Below are positions 51,518-62,107 of a DNA stretch of 64,000 bases, one piece after another (position 1 is the first letter of the stretch; each line of letters starts with the position of its first letter). A program made the translations under genes and the position numbers. The notes under the pieces were generated by a model, which saw nothing but the letters and a program-made list of their open reading frames with translations, ran no database searches and was not told where the DNA came from. This DNA is from Schmidtea nova (Eukaryota): NCBI GenBank assembly GCA_044892505.1, contig CM097883.1, forward strand, positions 419,368,001 to 419,432,000, in the 5' to 3' direction.

Positions 51518-53202
51518 AAGGGAGGAAAAGCATTCATCAGGCAACTGCTCGGGTGCATATAAAGCACTTGTTGACTCAAATAGTTTACATAGACTCCTTT
51601 TGATCGTTGAGCGCAAATGTTTTTATAAAAACTTGAAATCAGTGACTTCTTGATCGAATCAACGGAGGTTGAATTAAGATCCTGATAATTTGGGAACTTC
51701 CGTTTCGCCAAACCGATCAGTTGGGTCCTCACCAGCTCAACTTGTTCCATTGTCTTGAAATTCACAAAATTATCGTAACACCACTGCTTTGATTTGCGAT
51801 TCTCCGACCAAGCTTTGTAAGCATTCAGAAACATAAACTGATCACCTTCGGAACTGAAAAACTTTTTCTTTGAATAATCTGATTTTGCAGCACTTTTCTT
51901 TGGACGCATGAAGATATTTCTTTCAGACATCATCGCCATTATCGTAATGACATCGGTGATACAGGAATGCTTTGAAGATGTTAATAAAGCTTTTCCGATT
52001 TTCGGTTCAACCGGAAAATCTTGAATCGATTTTCCTAATTCCGTTATTTTTTTGAACGAATCTATTAAATCTAGATCTTGAAGCTCTGATAAACATTTTA
52101 TAAGAGTTTCACGATCGGGAGGATCAATGAATTTGAAAGACATCGGATCTATGCCTATGCCGGCGATTTTCAAGTAAGTTCCGTAGAGATTTTTCCGATA
52201 GATTTCTGGGGTGGTTTCTTGTTTCATAGTTTCATATGTTTCTTCACTGTACAACCGATAACACCAGCCCGTATCCGTTCGGCCAGCTCGACCTTTTCTC
52301 TGAATAGCCTGATCTTGTGATATTCTAACGTTTGTCAATGTATCAATTCCAGATCTTGAGTCGAATAGATTTTGTTTCACATATCCACAATCTATCACAA
52401 ATCTAATACCATCGATGGTTATGCTGGTTTCGGCAATATTTGTCGAAACAATAACTTTTCTTTTTCCCGGTTCAACGGGTTGGAAGATTTCCTGTTGAGC
52501 ATCAAAATCCAAAGCACCAAACAAAGGCAAAACAGTTAGATTCAAAATGTTCTCCAAATTTTGGCAACACTCTTCAATTTCCTCTTGACCTGTGAGAAAT
52601 AATAAAATATCCCCTTTCTCCTCTCTCTTGTGTATTTTGTCAACAATGCTCGTGACAAAATGAAGCGACCACGACCACATCGGTTCATAAATTATTTTAA
52701 CGTCATACATTTTCCCATCAAACGAAATTACTGGAGCGCCACTGAAATATCTTGAAAACTTTTCACAGGTGATTGTCGCAGATGTTATGAGAATTTTCAA
52801 ATCAGCTCGCCTCGACGCGAGAATCTTTATTAACCCCAATAGAACATCAGTATCAACATTTCTTTCATGAGCTTCATCAATCATTAACACTCCATACTCA
52901 GACAATTGCGGGTCTTCCAAGCACTGATTCAATAAAATACCATCAGTCATATACTTTATTTTAGTAGAACTCGAAGACTTCTTATTGAATCTGACCTCAT
53001 AACCAACTTCCATTCCTAAACAACTTTGCATTTCTTGTGCAACTCGACTCGCCATATTGATAGCAGCGATTCGTCTCGGTTGAGTAATTCCAATTGTTTT
53101 GTCATTGTTTATGTCAGCTCTGAATAAATATTGTGGAATTTGTGTTGTTTTACCGGATCCAGTACTTCCAAAAACGATGACAATTTGATTCTTTCTAACA
53201 GT
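51518..53202 (-). CDS. DHX8-like: DEAH helicase paralog C, exon 2 of 3
   Basis: Acceptor gtttag|ACT. Motifs GSTGSGKTT, TQPRRIAA, KYMTDG, DEAH, SAT, FLTGQEEI, STNIAETSIT, QRKGRAGR, HPSSCL. Donor CCC TT|gtaag. Length 1685 nt. Confidence 0.95.
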
Positions 53203-53402
53203 CTAAACATTTTGAAAAGTAATATAACCAAAAAATATATTTTTTTAAAAATATTGAATATTACCTCAAAAAGACTTGGAGCGCAAATTCATCTGAAATG
53301 GAAATTTAAAGTTCCAAATTTATATGTTGGAAACTCGGTGAATTTCTTTAAATTTAATTATCTTGTTAGGAAAAAATCAAAAATTTTGTTTAAGTTACTT
53401 AA

Positions 53403-53716
53403 CCTCTTCAACTCTTGAACTTTTTTGTATGACATAACTGTAACTCAAGCATACATTTTTGCAATTTCAAGCAAAAATGGTAGAATTAAGACAAAATTAA
53501 TTAAAAAATAAAAATAAAAAAGGTATCATGCAAATGTGCATTCAAAACACTAAATAACTAAGTAGCTGATGAATTTGATTTGTACCTACTCTCATAGGTG
53601 CTTAGGCCGTTTTAGGGTAAATAATACATGTATACATAGTGGCGACATAGAGTCGCCAACGGAGTTACAAAGGAATCTATCATGTCGACATATAGTCGCC
53701 AACGGAGTTCAATAGG
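53403..53716. mobile_element. piggyBac-type MITE
   Basis: TTAA|cctcttcaactc ... gagttcaatagg|TTAA, with a subterminal tandem repeat (cgacata.agtcgccaacggagtt x2). Confidence 0.65.
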
Positions 53717-54002
53717 TTAAGTGCAGCTGTAAAATATAGCATAAAAACATGCACAAGAAGTAATCTTCAAATCCTGACACATGACATCCATTAACCCTTT
53801 CACTTCCGACCGCTGGTGAACCCGTGGTCGGACTAATCACTTGTGTAATACCACACAATTCGCAACATTCAACATTCAGTTACTTTAAATCATTCAAAAT
53901 ATCCGTGTAACGGTCAACTTGATCATTTATTTTTGGATTTAAATATCTAATCAACAATGCCTCGGAAGTTACTCGTTCCCAATAATTACTTAAACCTAAA
54001 TT

Positions 54003-54152
54003 TTTAAATTCAACATACAATTTACAAATTAAAAAAAAATTAAAATGTTCACAAAAACAAACATAATTTTACCACTGTGGTAAAATTATGTTTGTTTTTG
54101 TGAACATTTTAATTATTTTTTAAAAATTTGTAAATTGTATGTTGAATTTAAA
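54003..54152. repeat. Long near-perfect palindrome (1-nt spacer at 54076)
   Basis: 38-bp perfect inner arms aattaaaatgttcacaaaaacaaacataattttaccac / its reverse complement, plus ~28-bp outer arms. Confidence 0.9.
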
Positions 54153-54354
54153 ATTTTTATTAAATTAAATTTGATTTTTTAAAAAAAATGTATGTTGAAT
54201 TATTAAAAATGTTGTTTGCTTATTAATTAATTTTTTAAATTTTATGTAATAAAAGAATTAAATTAAATTTTAATATGATGGAGATTGAGATGATTATTAT
54301 TAGTTAATTTTTTTAGATATTGCATAGTTTCTATTTTATTATTGATTGTCCTGA

Positions 54355-54400
54355 TTGCTCCCTGAAGAAGATTGTTATACAATCGAAATATATCGCGTTT
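54355..54400 (+). ncRNA. Degenerate Penelope-type minimal hammerhead (HHR3)
   Basis: CUGAAGA-A-GAUUG(uuaua)CAAUC-GAAA-U(AU)A-UC. Core and stems II/III are present; stem I is poorly paired. Confidence 0.45.
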
Positions 54401-54978
54401 ATGTTGAATTTACTTAGTTGGCGTTTTTCTATTATTAATTATTTTAATTAAGTTTTTTTTTATTTAATTCAATTTGCGTTTGTTGTTGTTGTGTATGATA
54501 ATGGGATATAAAATGATTTGAGTTTGGTTGAAGTTGATTTTGATTTATTTTGAAAATAATAAGGTTTTCTCAAAAATCTTTTTTTTGATTTTTTTTATAA
54601 TTTGCGATTTCCAAAAGAATTTCAGTCATGTCTGACAGGTGTAATGTGTTTAAGAATGTTAATAAAGATACATATGAGATGAGAAGAAAAATATTAGATG
54701 CCATTGGGGCTTTATATGCACTTCAGAATGAAATGAAGTTGAGCGGAAAAGTTTCTGCCGTGCTTTGTTTATTGATTGACGTGAGAACAAATTTGTCAAT
54801 GATCTCATTCCCATTATTGGTTGGAAATAAAATTTATTCTCATTTATTTGGGTTTTGTCAATGTCCTGTTAATTTTTATTAATGTTTGCATTCACTACAA
54901 TGACACCTCAGTATTTATGAAATATAAAATGAAATCAGTCGTTCTTCTTCCATGGAGAAAATTGGCCTATACAACTTT

Positions 54979-55484
54979 GGGCACTTATTCACTTTACGCC
55001 CCCCCCCAAGGGTTGAATAAAATAATAAAATAATAAATTATTAAAATAATAAAATAATATTCAGGGTTGAATAAAATAAAAAAATAAAAAAGTATTATTA
55101 ATAAATTAATTAATTAATAATTGTGTAGATATAAGGCGAAAACGTTTAGCCAGATTTATTAATAATACTTTTTCACCTTATTATAATAATAATATTATTA
55201 TTATATTATTATTTTATTATTTTATTAGCCAGATTTATTAATAATACTTTTTCACCTTATTATAATAATATTATTATAATATTATTATTTTATTATATTA
55301 TTATATTATTATATTATTATATTATTATTTTATTATTTTATTAGCCAGATTTATTAATAATACTTTTTCACCTTATTATAATAATATTATTATTATATTA
55401 TTATTTTATTATATTATTATATTATTATTTTATTATTTTATTATTTTATTCAACCCTGGGGGGGCGTAAAGTGAATAAGTGCCC
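54979..55484. mobile_element. Foldback-type MITE with long TIRs and internal AT tandem repeats
   Basis: gggcacttattcactttacgccccccc..agggttgaataaaat at both ends (inverted). aacttt is duplicated on both sides. Contains 3 copies of tagccagatttattaataatactttttcacc. Confidence 0.85.
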
Positions 55485-55584
55485 AACTTTGAGGTCTTTC
55501 ATTGATGATAAGTTATAAAAATGCTGGAAGAGAAAGATCTAAGAAATACAGTAATTCTTGAATAAACAAGATTGCCTAGTGCAA

Positions 55585-55932
55585 TGTTTCCAAAGAACAC
55601 CCATTGTTGTTAAGTGAAGTTACTATTAATCAAAATGCCAACTGATGACTCCACTCATTTTTAAAACTTTCAATGCTCCAACTGTGCTGTCTTTTTATGC
55701 TTCTGGAAGAACAACTGGTATTGTTTTAGATTCCAGTGATGATGTAACCCACACAGTTCCTATTTACGAAGGATATTTAGCAGGAAGAGACTTAACTGAT
55801 TATCAATGAAAATTATGACGGAGAGGGGACACAGTTTTATGACTACAGTCGAGATAATTTGTCAGATATATATCCTTCTTGATTTTTAAATTTAAATGCT
55901 ATCAGCTGTTTCTACATCTTTAGAAAAAGGAT
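55585..55932 (+). pseudogene. Actin pseudogene fragment with multiple internal deletions
   Basis: [54 protein letters not shown] and STSLEK. Confidence 0.9.
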
Positions 55933-55980
55933 GTGCGCGATCAACCACGAGGCAAGAAGCATAAATGCTATAGTCTAAAG

Positions 55981-56290
55981 CAGTGGTTCTCAACCCGTGT
56001 TCCGCGAATCCGCTGTTAGTGTTCCGCGAAAAAATCTACATTTTATCTTTAAATTTGCATTTAAGATACATATCATCAAAATTAAATTTGTTTTTTTGGT
56101 AATGTGCGTTTATATTTAATATCTTCAAGACCATTTATTATTAGAGGATGGGTCAAAAGTCGTTTCATTATTCAAAAATGAAATAATATGTTCGCTTGTG
56201 AATTTTTTTATGTATTTTTTTTGTCAGTGTTCCGCGTAAAAAAATCATGTGAATGGTGTTCCGCGCTTTTAAATTAGTTGAGAACCACTG
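55981..56290. mobile_element. hAT Charlie-type MITE
   Basis: TIR cagtggttctcaac. Perfect TSD gtctaaag. Four internal tgttccgcg repeats. Confidence 0.95.
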
Positions 56291-56954
56291 GTCTAAAGAT
56301 ACAGTTAGATAAACCTTGAATTGAATGTAAAGTTATGTGTAATTATAATTAAACTTTCTTTATGTTTGTAATAGTTTATAATAGCCACCGATTTACATTA
56401 TCGAATAATTAGCAATGTCCATCAACGCGTAAATAATAAATAATAATAAATAATAAAATTCCAATAAAAATAGCATTAACGCGATTAATGTGATGCTGGT
56501 ATAATGCAATATTAGGCCTAAACAATTGGCGCGTTGGTGTATAATTTAGATTTTTTGTATCAGAAAGAAATTAGCTCTCCGATTAAGTATTTATAATTAT
56601 ATAATTAATTTATCAATAGACCTTAATTATTGGAAACCGATGTAGTAGACTTAGTCGTAAATAAATTAAATAAAACTTCTTTAGACAAAGATTATGAAGC
56701 TTCAATAAATTAAGTTGTTTGTACCCATTTACTGTAGTCTTTAGTCTTTAGAGTCTCTACAACATATATTTTTAAAACGCAGCAAAAAACGATTCTTTGT
56801 CATTACTAAGTAATTAAAAATATAAAAATTATTTATTGTAAAATCATCTTTAATTAAAATACACTAGATTTAATTCCAATAATTCATTATACAAAATTAA
56901 TAATCTACATAGAAATTAAGCAAACTTATTTATAATTCTTGTAATAGAACTTAC

Positions 56955-57053
56955 TTTAATAATATGATCTTTGTATTGTTCTATAGGCAAAGCTTTATCA
57001 GAAACTTTGACACTATGAAACTGTTCCGTGAGAATTGATAATGAATCAAACAT
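56955..57053 (-). CDS. DHX8-like: DEAH helicase paralog C, exon 1 of 3
   Basis: MFDSLSILTEQFHSVKVSDKALPIEQYKDHIIK|gtaagt. LPI..YK motif, phase 0. Confidence 0.88.
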
Positions 57054-57119
57054 AATTAGACATAAACATTTAATGAATTTCAATATAATTTTAATGAAAT
57101 GAATAAATGAAATCATCTA

Positions 57120-57128
57120 TTCTAAGAA
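57120..57128 (-). promoter_or_regulatory. TTCTAAGAA (GAS/STAT-like) upstream of paralog C
   Basis: 67 bp upstream of the ATG at 57053. Confidence 0.4.
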
Positions 57129-58599
57129 TTCTAACTAAATCTTCATTCGTTAAACTAAAATCTATTTTTAGAATTTTGAAAATGTATTTTATTCATAAAA
57201 TCAGGGTTAGGGTTAGGGGCGCTACTAATGCTAGAACCGATTCTGCAAAAAAATAATGTTTTCGAATTATTCAATTTATTAATGGGATATTTTATAATGA
57301 AAAAATTTGAGGAATGATTTTAAATTAATGAAAATTTATTTTATTGAGATTTGTTAAAATTCAAATGTTATAAAAATTTTGTTAAAGATATTTATAGCAA
57401 CCAATGAAATGCGATATCGATTTGCTAGAATTAAGACAGTTTTTAGAAATCAATACAGTTGAAAATTTATTATTTCATTTGAATAGAAAGATTGTTAAAG
57501 CTACACTATTAATTACATTATTGTATGCAATAATTATCTAACTGACAAGAAGTATATATAAACAGTGCCGGTGGAAAGAGGTAAAATGAGTGAATGTCAC
57601 TCCGTTGCTACGATAGAAAATTTTCCCAGCGAGTTTTATTTTTCATGAATCATTATTGTTGAGTTGGAACCCCCAAAAGTTAAAATGAATCAGTAATTAA
57701 AAATAATAAAAGTGCGCCAAATTCAAATAAAGGAGCCAAATCGAAGAAATAAAAGTAGGAAATATAGAAATTAAATAGAAATATTAAATAGTCAAAAAAA
57801 ATTAAAAAGTGATAGTAGAAGAAATAATAATAACCAAAAATATTAAAACAATTAAAGAATAAATAAATAGACCAAAATCCATCATGGCAACCATGATGAA
57901 CAGATTTAACTAAAAATAATCTGTCAAATAGAATAAAATCAACAATAGGAAAATAAAAACAACCATTAATTGATCAAGTTTAACGAAATAAATTGAAAGA
58001 TCGAGTGAACGGATCAGTGTTTATTGACTGATTCCCCAAACTCAGGGAGTGTACATACGCAGGACAAAACGATAAAGCAATCATTGTTAGAATTGTTGGG
58101 TATTTATTCAATTAGTCGGAACTATTTATCTGACTCCTTGGTGTTCTTAAGATTGATTCACAAAAATAACCCAACACAGATAAATTTATTCAAAATTAGA
58201 ATTAACTCAAATCTTTGATACAATTTCTGACAATAACAAGTCTCTGTAATAAAAATTCACAATAACTTTTGAACTGCTTTTCCGATTGAGCGTGGGGATA
58301 AGTCTCTCAATGGAAGATCTCCCATTCTGGTACGCTGTGAAGAATAAATTCAACTTCAAACTGGTTTAACTTTTCCTTTAGAACTCGAATAACTGTATCT
58401 GCTCTTTGATAATTCTTTGCTCATCTTTTCTTTTTTTTTGACAACTCTGGCAAATTCTGGGACCTTCTTCTCGTTTATATAGTGTTCGTTTTAGTGAGTT
58501 TTACCTACCAAGTTGTCTGATGGTATATCACAATTGACATTTCTTAATAAATTTAATAAAATTAAACATAATTATCCCTTTACTAATTATGCTTCTCGG

Positions 58600-58920
58600 G
58601 TTTCTTTTTAATATCAATTTTCTCGGGGCTAATTATCTCATCCAGTTTCCCACTCTACTCGGGTTCTCCATTGGCTGGGGTTTCCCATTAGCCAATTAAT
58701 TAATTTTTTTCTTCTGGGGACCCCTTATTGATTTTTTACCATTTTTGGATTTGTCTCACAATTCGGCATACACCCATACTAATTTCCCCCGCTAAATCTC
58801 TATTTTTAAATTTTCTAAATGTTTAATCAATTTCCATGATTTAATTATTACTTTTAAAATGTTTATATTTTTATTAATTTTCCATCAAGTTTTATGCTTT
58901 TTATTTTTGTATTTGTGCTT
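58600..58920 (+). repeat. GGGTTTCCCA-motif repeat copy
   Basis: Colinear with 44480-44830. Confidence 0.75.
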
Positions 58921-59879
58921 CTTTTGTTCAACCCCGACAGAATTTTCTAGTTTTATTTTGTTGACTTTGACCACAATTTGTAATTAAAGTTAGAAATCCA
59001 ATTACAGCACCATTAAAATTTAGCACCAAAATTTGTTTGAGAAATTGTTGTCTAAACCAATTTTGAAGAACCAATTTGACAGTTAAATTGTATTTTGAAT
59101 AGAAACCAATTGTCAGTAAATTTTTCATTTTGTAATATGTTTGAATATATCTTTATTCTCTCCTAATTTAAATAAGGGCGGATTTCCAGCAACTCTTCGG
59201 GTTGCTGAAAGTTCTCATCTGACTGGTACATCGGCTTGAACACCGCACGGGTCGAAGTTCTGATGAGATGGAGTTATGAGAACGCAGAACAACAAAAGGT
59301 TGATTCTAGCGGGCTCTTGTAATTGATTTGATTTTCTGAATTGAAATTTTCGAAATTAGATAGCGAATACTCCGAGATTTTCATACAATTCTCTTTTTAT
59401 GGAGGGTAGATTCTTAGTAGTAAATTCACTAATGAATCCCAAGTCGTTTACATAATGTCACCATCCACTATTTTTATGAGTAGCTACAGTAAATCAAAGA
59501 GTCAACGATCGATATTGGTTGCCATATTCTTCTATGCGATAACCAAAGGTCTCATACAGTATCACAAAATAAAATAGAATAAAAATTCGGACATCGCGGT
59601 TGGTCGTGTTACTCAGTAAATCATCGTGTCAGAATTTAGCGGATCTACACAAATTTTGGAGATTTCAATCCACTGTGGCGAGATTGTATTGGCTGTACGT
59701 AATCGAAAAAAGACGCGGGGAAAGATTCCCTGCTCGGAACAGATTGTAAATTGACAGAGTAACTCTACAGGAGGTCAAAGTTTAATAAAATGGAAGTGTT
59801 TTCATGCAATGTGGAGAACGTCGTCGGGAGTCTCTGAAGAAACAGTGTTGTAGCATCAGTAAATTAAATCTATCTGCAT

Positions 59880-60070
59880 ACAAAAAAAGCATTTCCCATT
59901 GGGATATTTACCCTAGGGCAGTGAAAAAGCATACGAAAAGTGTTACTGACAAATGTAAATTATTGTGCTATATCAAATAAAGGTTTTTGGGTTGGGTGAT
60001 TTATTTAATTTTAAATAAAGAGCACAAGGAGTCAGACGTTAATACCGACTTTTAAAATAAATCCAACAAT
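59880..60070 (+). repeat. Short LTR-like relic (related to 63690-63785 and 42880-42970)
   Basis: ttcc.attgggata.ttacccta..gcagtgaaa and gtgtta.tgacaaatgtaaat.attgtgct are shared with 63690-63785. agcacaaggagtcaga is shared with 42930. Confidence 0.55.
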
Positions 60071-60574
60071 TATGCATGCGATATGCATACTCCATGAGAA
60101 GTATATATTATTTTCAAAGAATATACAGTTATTTATCATAGAAATAAACCCGTGAGAAAAAAATGAAATTATTTTATCTTACACAATAAAAATCAAGAAG
60201 ACTCAATTATTTATGTAAAAAATTTTGACAGGTTATCTATATTTTCAGGATAGTTTATAATTTCCAATTCTCTGGGAAATCCTTTGAGAATATCTTCATC
60301 CAATCTCAGTACCCCATGCATAAACGCCTTTGTCGTTCTTCGAACTTCATTAAATAGTATTCTGAATTAAAACAAATAATTAATGAGTTAACAATTATCA
60401 ATTCAATAACAAATATACTTCGAACAAGTAAAATATATTTTTTTAATTGCCACGAAATAAGCGTTCAAAATTAATTTCAAAGTTGAGAATTAGTAATTAT
60501 TTTTGAAAATGTAAAATACAAGAAGCCTAGTTGGTTTATATAGTTTTTTATGTCCTATTCAATACGATTTCTAT

Positions 60575-60616
60575 TGGTATACGCGTTTCGAGCTAATTTG
60601 ACTCTCATCAGTACCA
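60575..60616 (-). ncRNA. Minimal type I hammerhead ribozyme (HHR2)
   Basis: Minus strand UGGUA-CUGAUGA-GAGU(caaauua)GCUC-GAAA-C(GC)G-UA-UACCA. 5-bp stem I, palindromic ACGCGU stem III, GUA site. Confidence 0.8.
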
Positions 60617-60724
60617 TATAAGAAACTTGATTCCATTCTAAATCGAATCAAGTGACTTTATGACCAGGCACAAGAGTCTTATCACTCCGCCACCAAACAA
60701 CATCCAATATTACAATTGTTGGGT

Positions 60725-61450
60725 TGTTGTTGAAATTTAAAAGTTACCAATCAAATTTCTGACTCCAAATGCGTGCTATACTGATCAATAGAATAACAAT
60801 TACAACATGAATCTTTATTGATATCACAACTGGTTTCACAATTAAACTGTTACAATCAATCAACAATATGAGATAATTAGATACTGCGTATTACGACACT
60901 TATGTGAATAATAGCACTTGTTTATAATATCTGTCTAACAACCACTAGCTACTGATTTCGATTCAACAACTAATTGCTTTCTTTCCTTTGACTTGAAAAT
61001 CGACTCAACAAACTTTTCTCAATAAATTTCTTTCGATAAGTTCCTCGATAAATTTCTCAATAAATTTTTGCCACAATACTTCTCCACAAAAATTTGTAGT
61101 CTCACTCGAATTTTCTTCTGATTCAACAGCACTGACTTTTTGCTTTTAAGCGCGTCAAATTTTGTGGTACTTAAAACAAAATTGTTTTTCAACTTTGCTT
61201 TTTGCCTCCTTCCACAGCTTTAGCCTTATCTGTGACATCTGTCGTGATATGCCTGATTTTCCTTTTTGTTGTTCCGACTTTTCTCCTATCATTCCGATAT
61301 CTTTGACAGGCTGTCAAGATATAATTTTCTACTTGTTTTTTGTTTTTCGATTTCAGAATTCCTTTTGCTTTTTTTACTTTTTAATTAGTAATGGCCTTTC
61401 TTGGTTATTTGTTCAATTTCCTTTGTTTTATTGCCATCTTCGCGTTTTTC
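60725..61450 (-). repeat. LTR-like repeat family 'B', inverted copy
   Basis: Reverse complement is colinear with 19200-19902. Confidence 0.75.
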
Positions 61451-61826
61451 AAGTTTTGTTCTTCAAACTTCTTTTTTTCGTATTTCCAAACATCTCATCA
61501 TTCATCTTGTTCATTTTCCTCCAATCATTTTATTTATTTGTGCTAACATTTAATTTTTTATTTGGGTATCCTCAACAGAATTTTTGAACCTCTCATGAAA
61601 TCTTAAAAATTAGGCGTATGAGCAACTGGGTTCGATTCCACAAAAATCGAGTTACTTACATGGTACTTATGAGAGTCAAATAAGCCCAAAATGCGTCTGC
61701 ACTTATAAATTCCATTGAATATTCCATTAAATATATTTTAATCCGTAAATCAACCGAAAATCAAAAACAATTTGGACCGATTTGATTACTTACCACTATC
61801 GGATGCAATTGCAAACTTTAACTGTA

Positions 61827-62107
61827 CACTAAACTCTCAATTTACAAGGTAGATTGGTTCTTCAAAAATGCCGTGTAAATCGAAACCGTGTAAATTGAAG
61901 CCGTACAATTAGTAATTAAATATATATTTTATTGAAAAAATATGTGTGTTGAATCTAAAGTAAAAGAATACATATTACAAATTTCTTTTTAATAAAATTA
62001 ATATATTTTGACATTTTATAAACTGAAAACTAGTGAAATATAAATGGAATTTTTAGGCATTTCTTCAATCGTGCTAAACTGAAACCGTGTAAATCGAGGA
62101 CAAAGTG
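61827..62107. mobile_element. pogo/Tigger-type MITE
   Basis: TA|cactaaactctcaatttaca / tgtaaatcgaggacaaagtg|TA, with repeated ccgtgtaaat motifs. Confidence 0.65.

Noticed and set aside
55140-55400. Three ~45-bp direct repeats with variable AT spacers resembling a CRISPR array
   Set aside because: They are internal to a TIR MITE in a eukaryotic intron, the spacers are low-complexity (TAT)n, and there are no cas genes.
57203-57217. (TTAGGG)2 telomere-like motif
   Set aside because: Only two units, not an interstitial telomeric array.
61625-61652. gggttcgattccca tRNA T-loop / B-box
   Set aside because: No A-box or cloverleaf. At most a SINE remnant.
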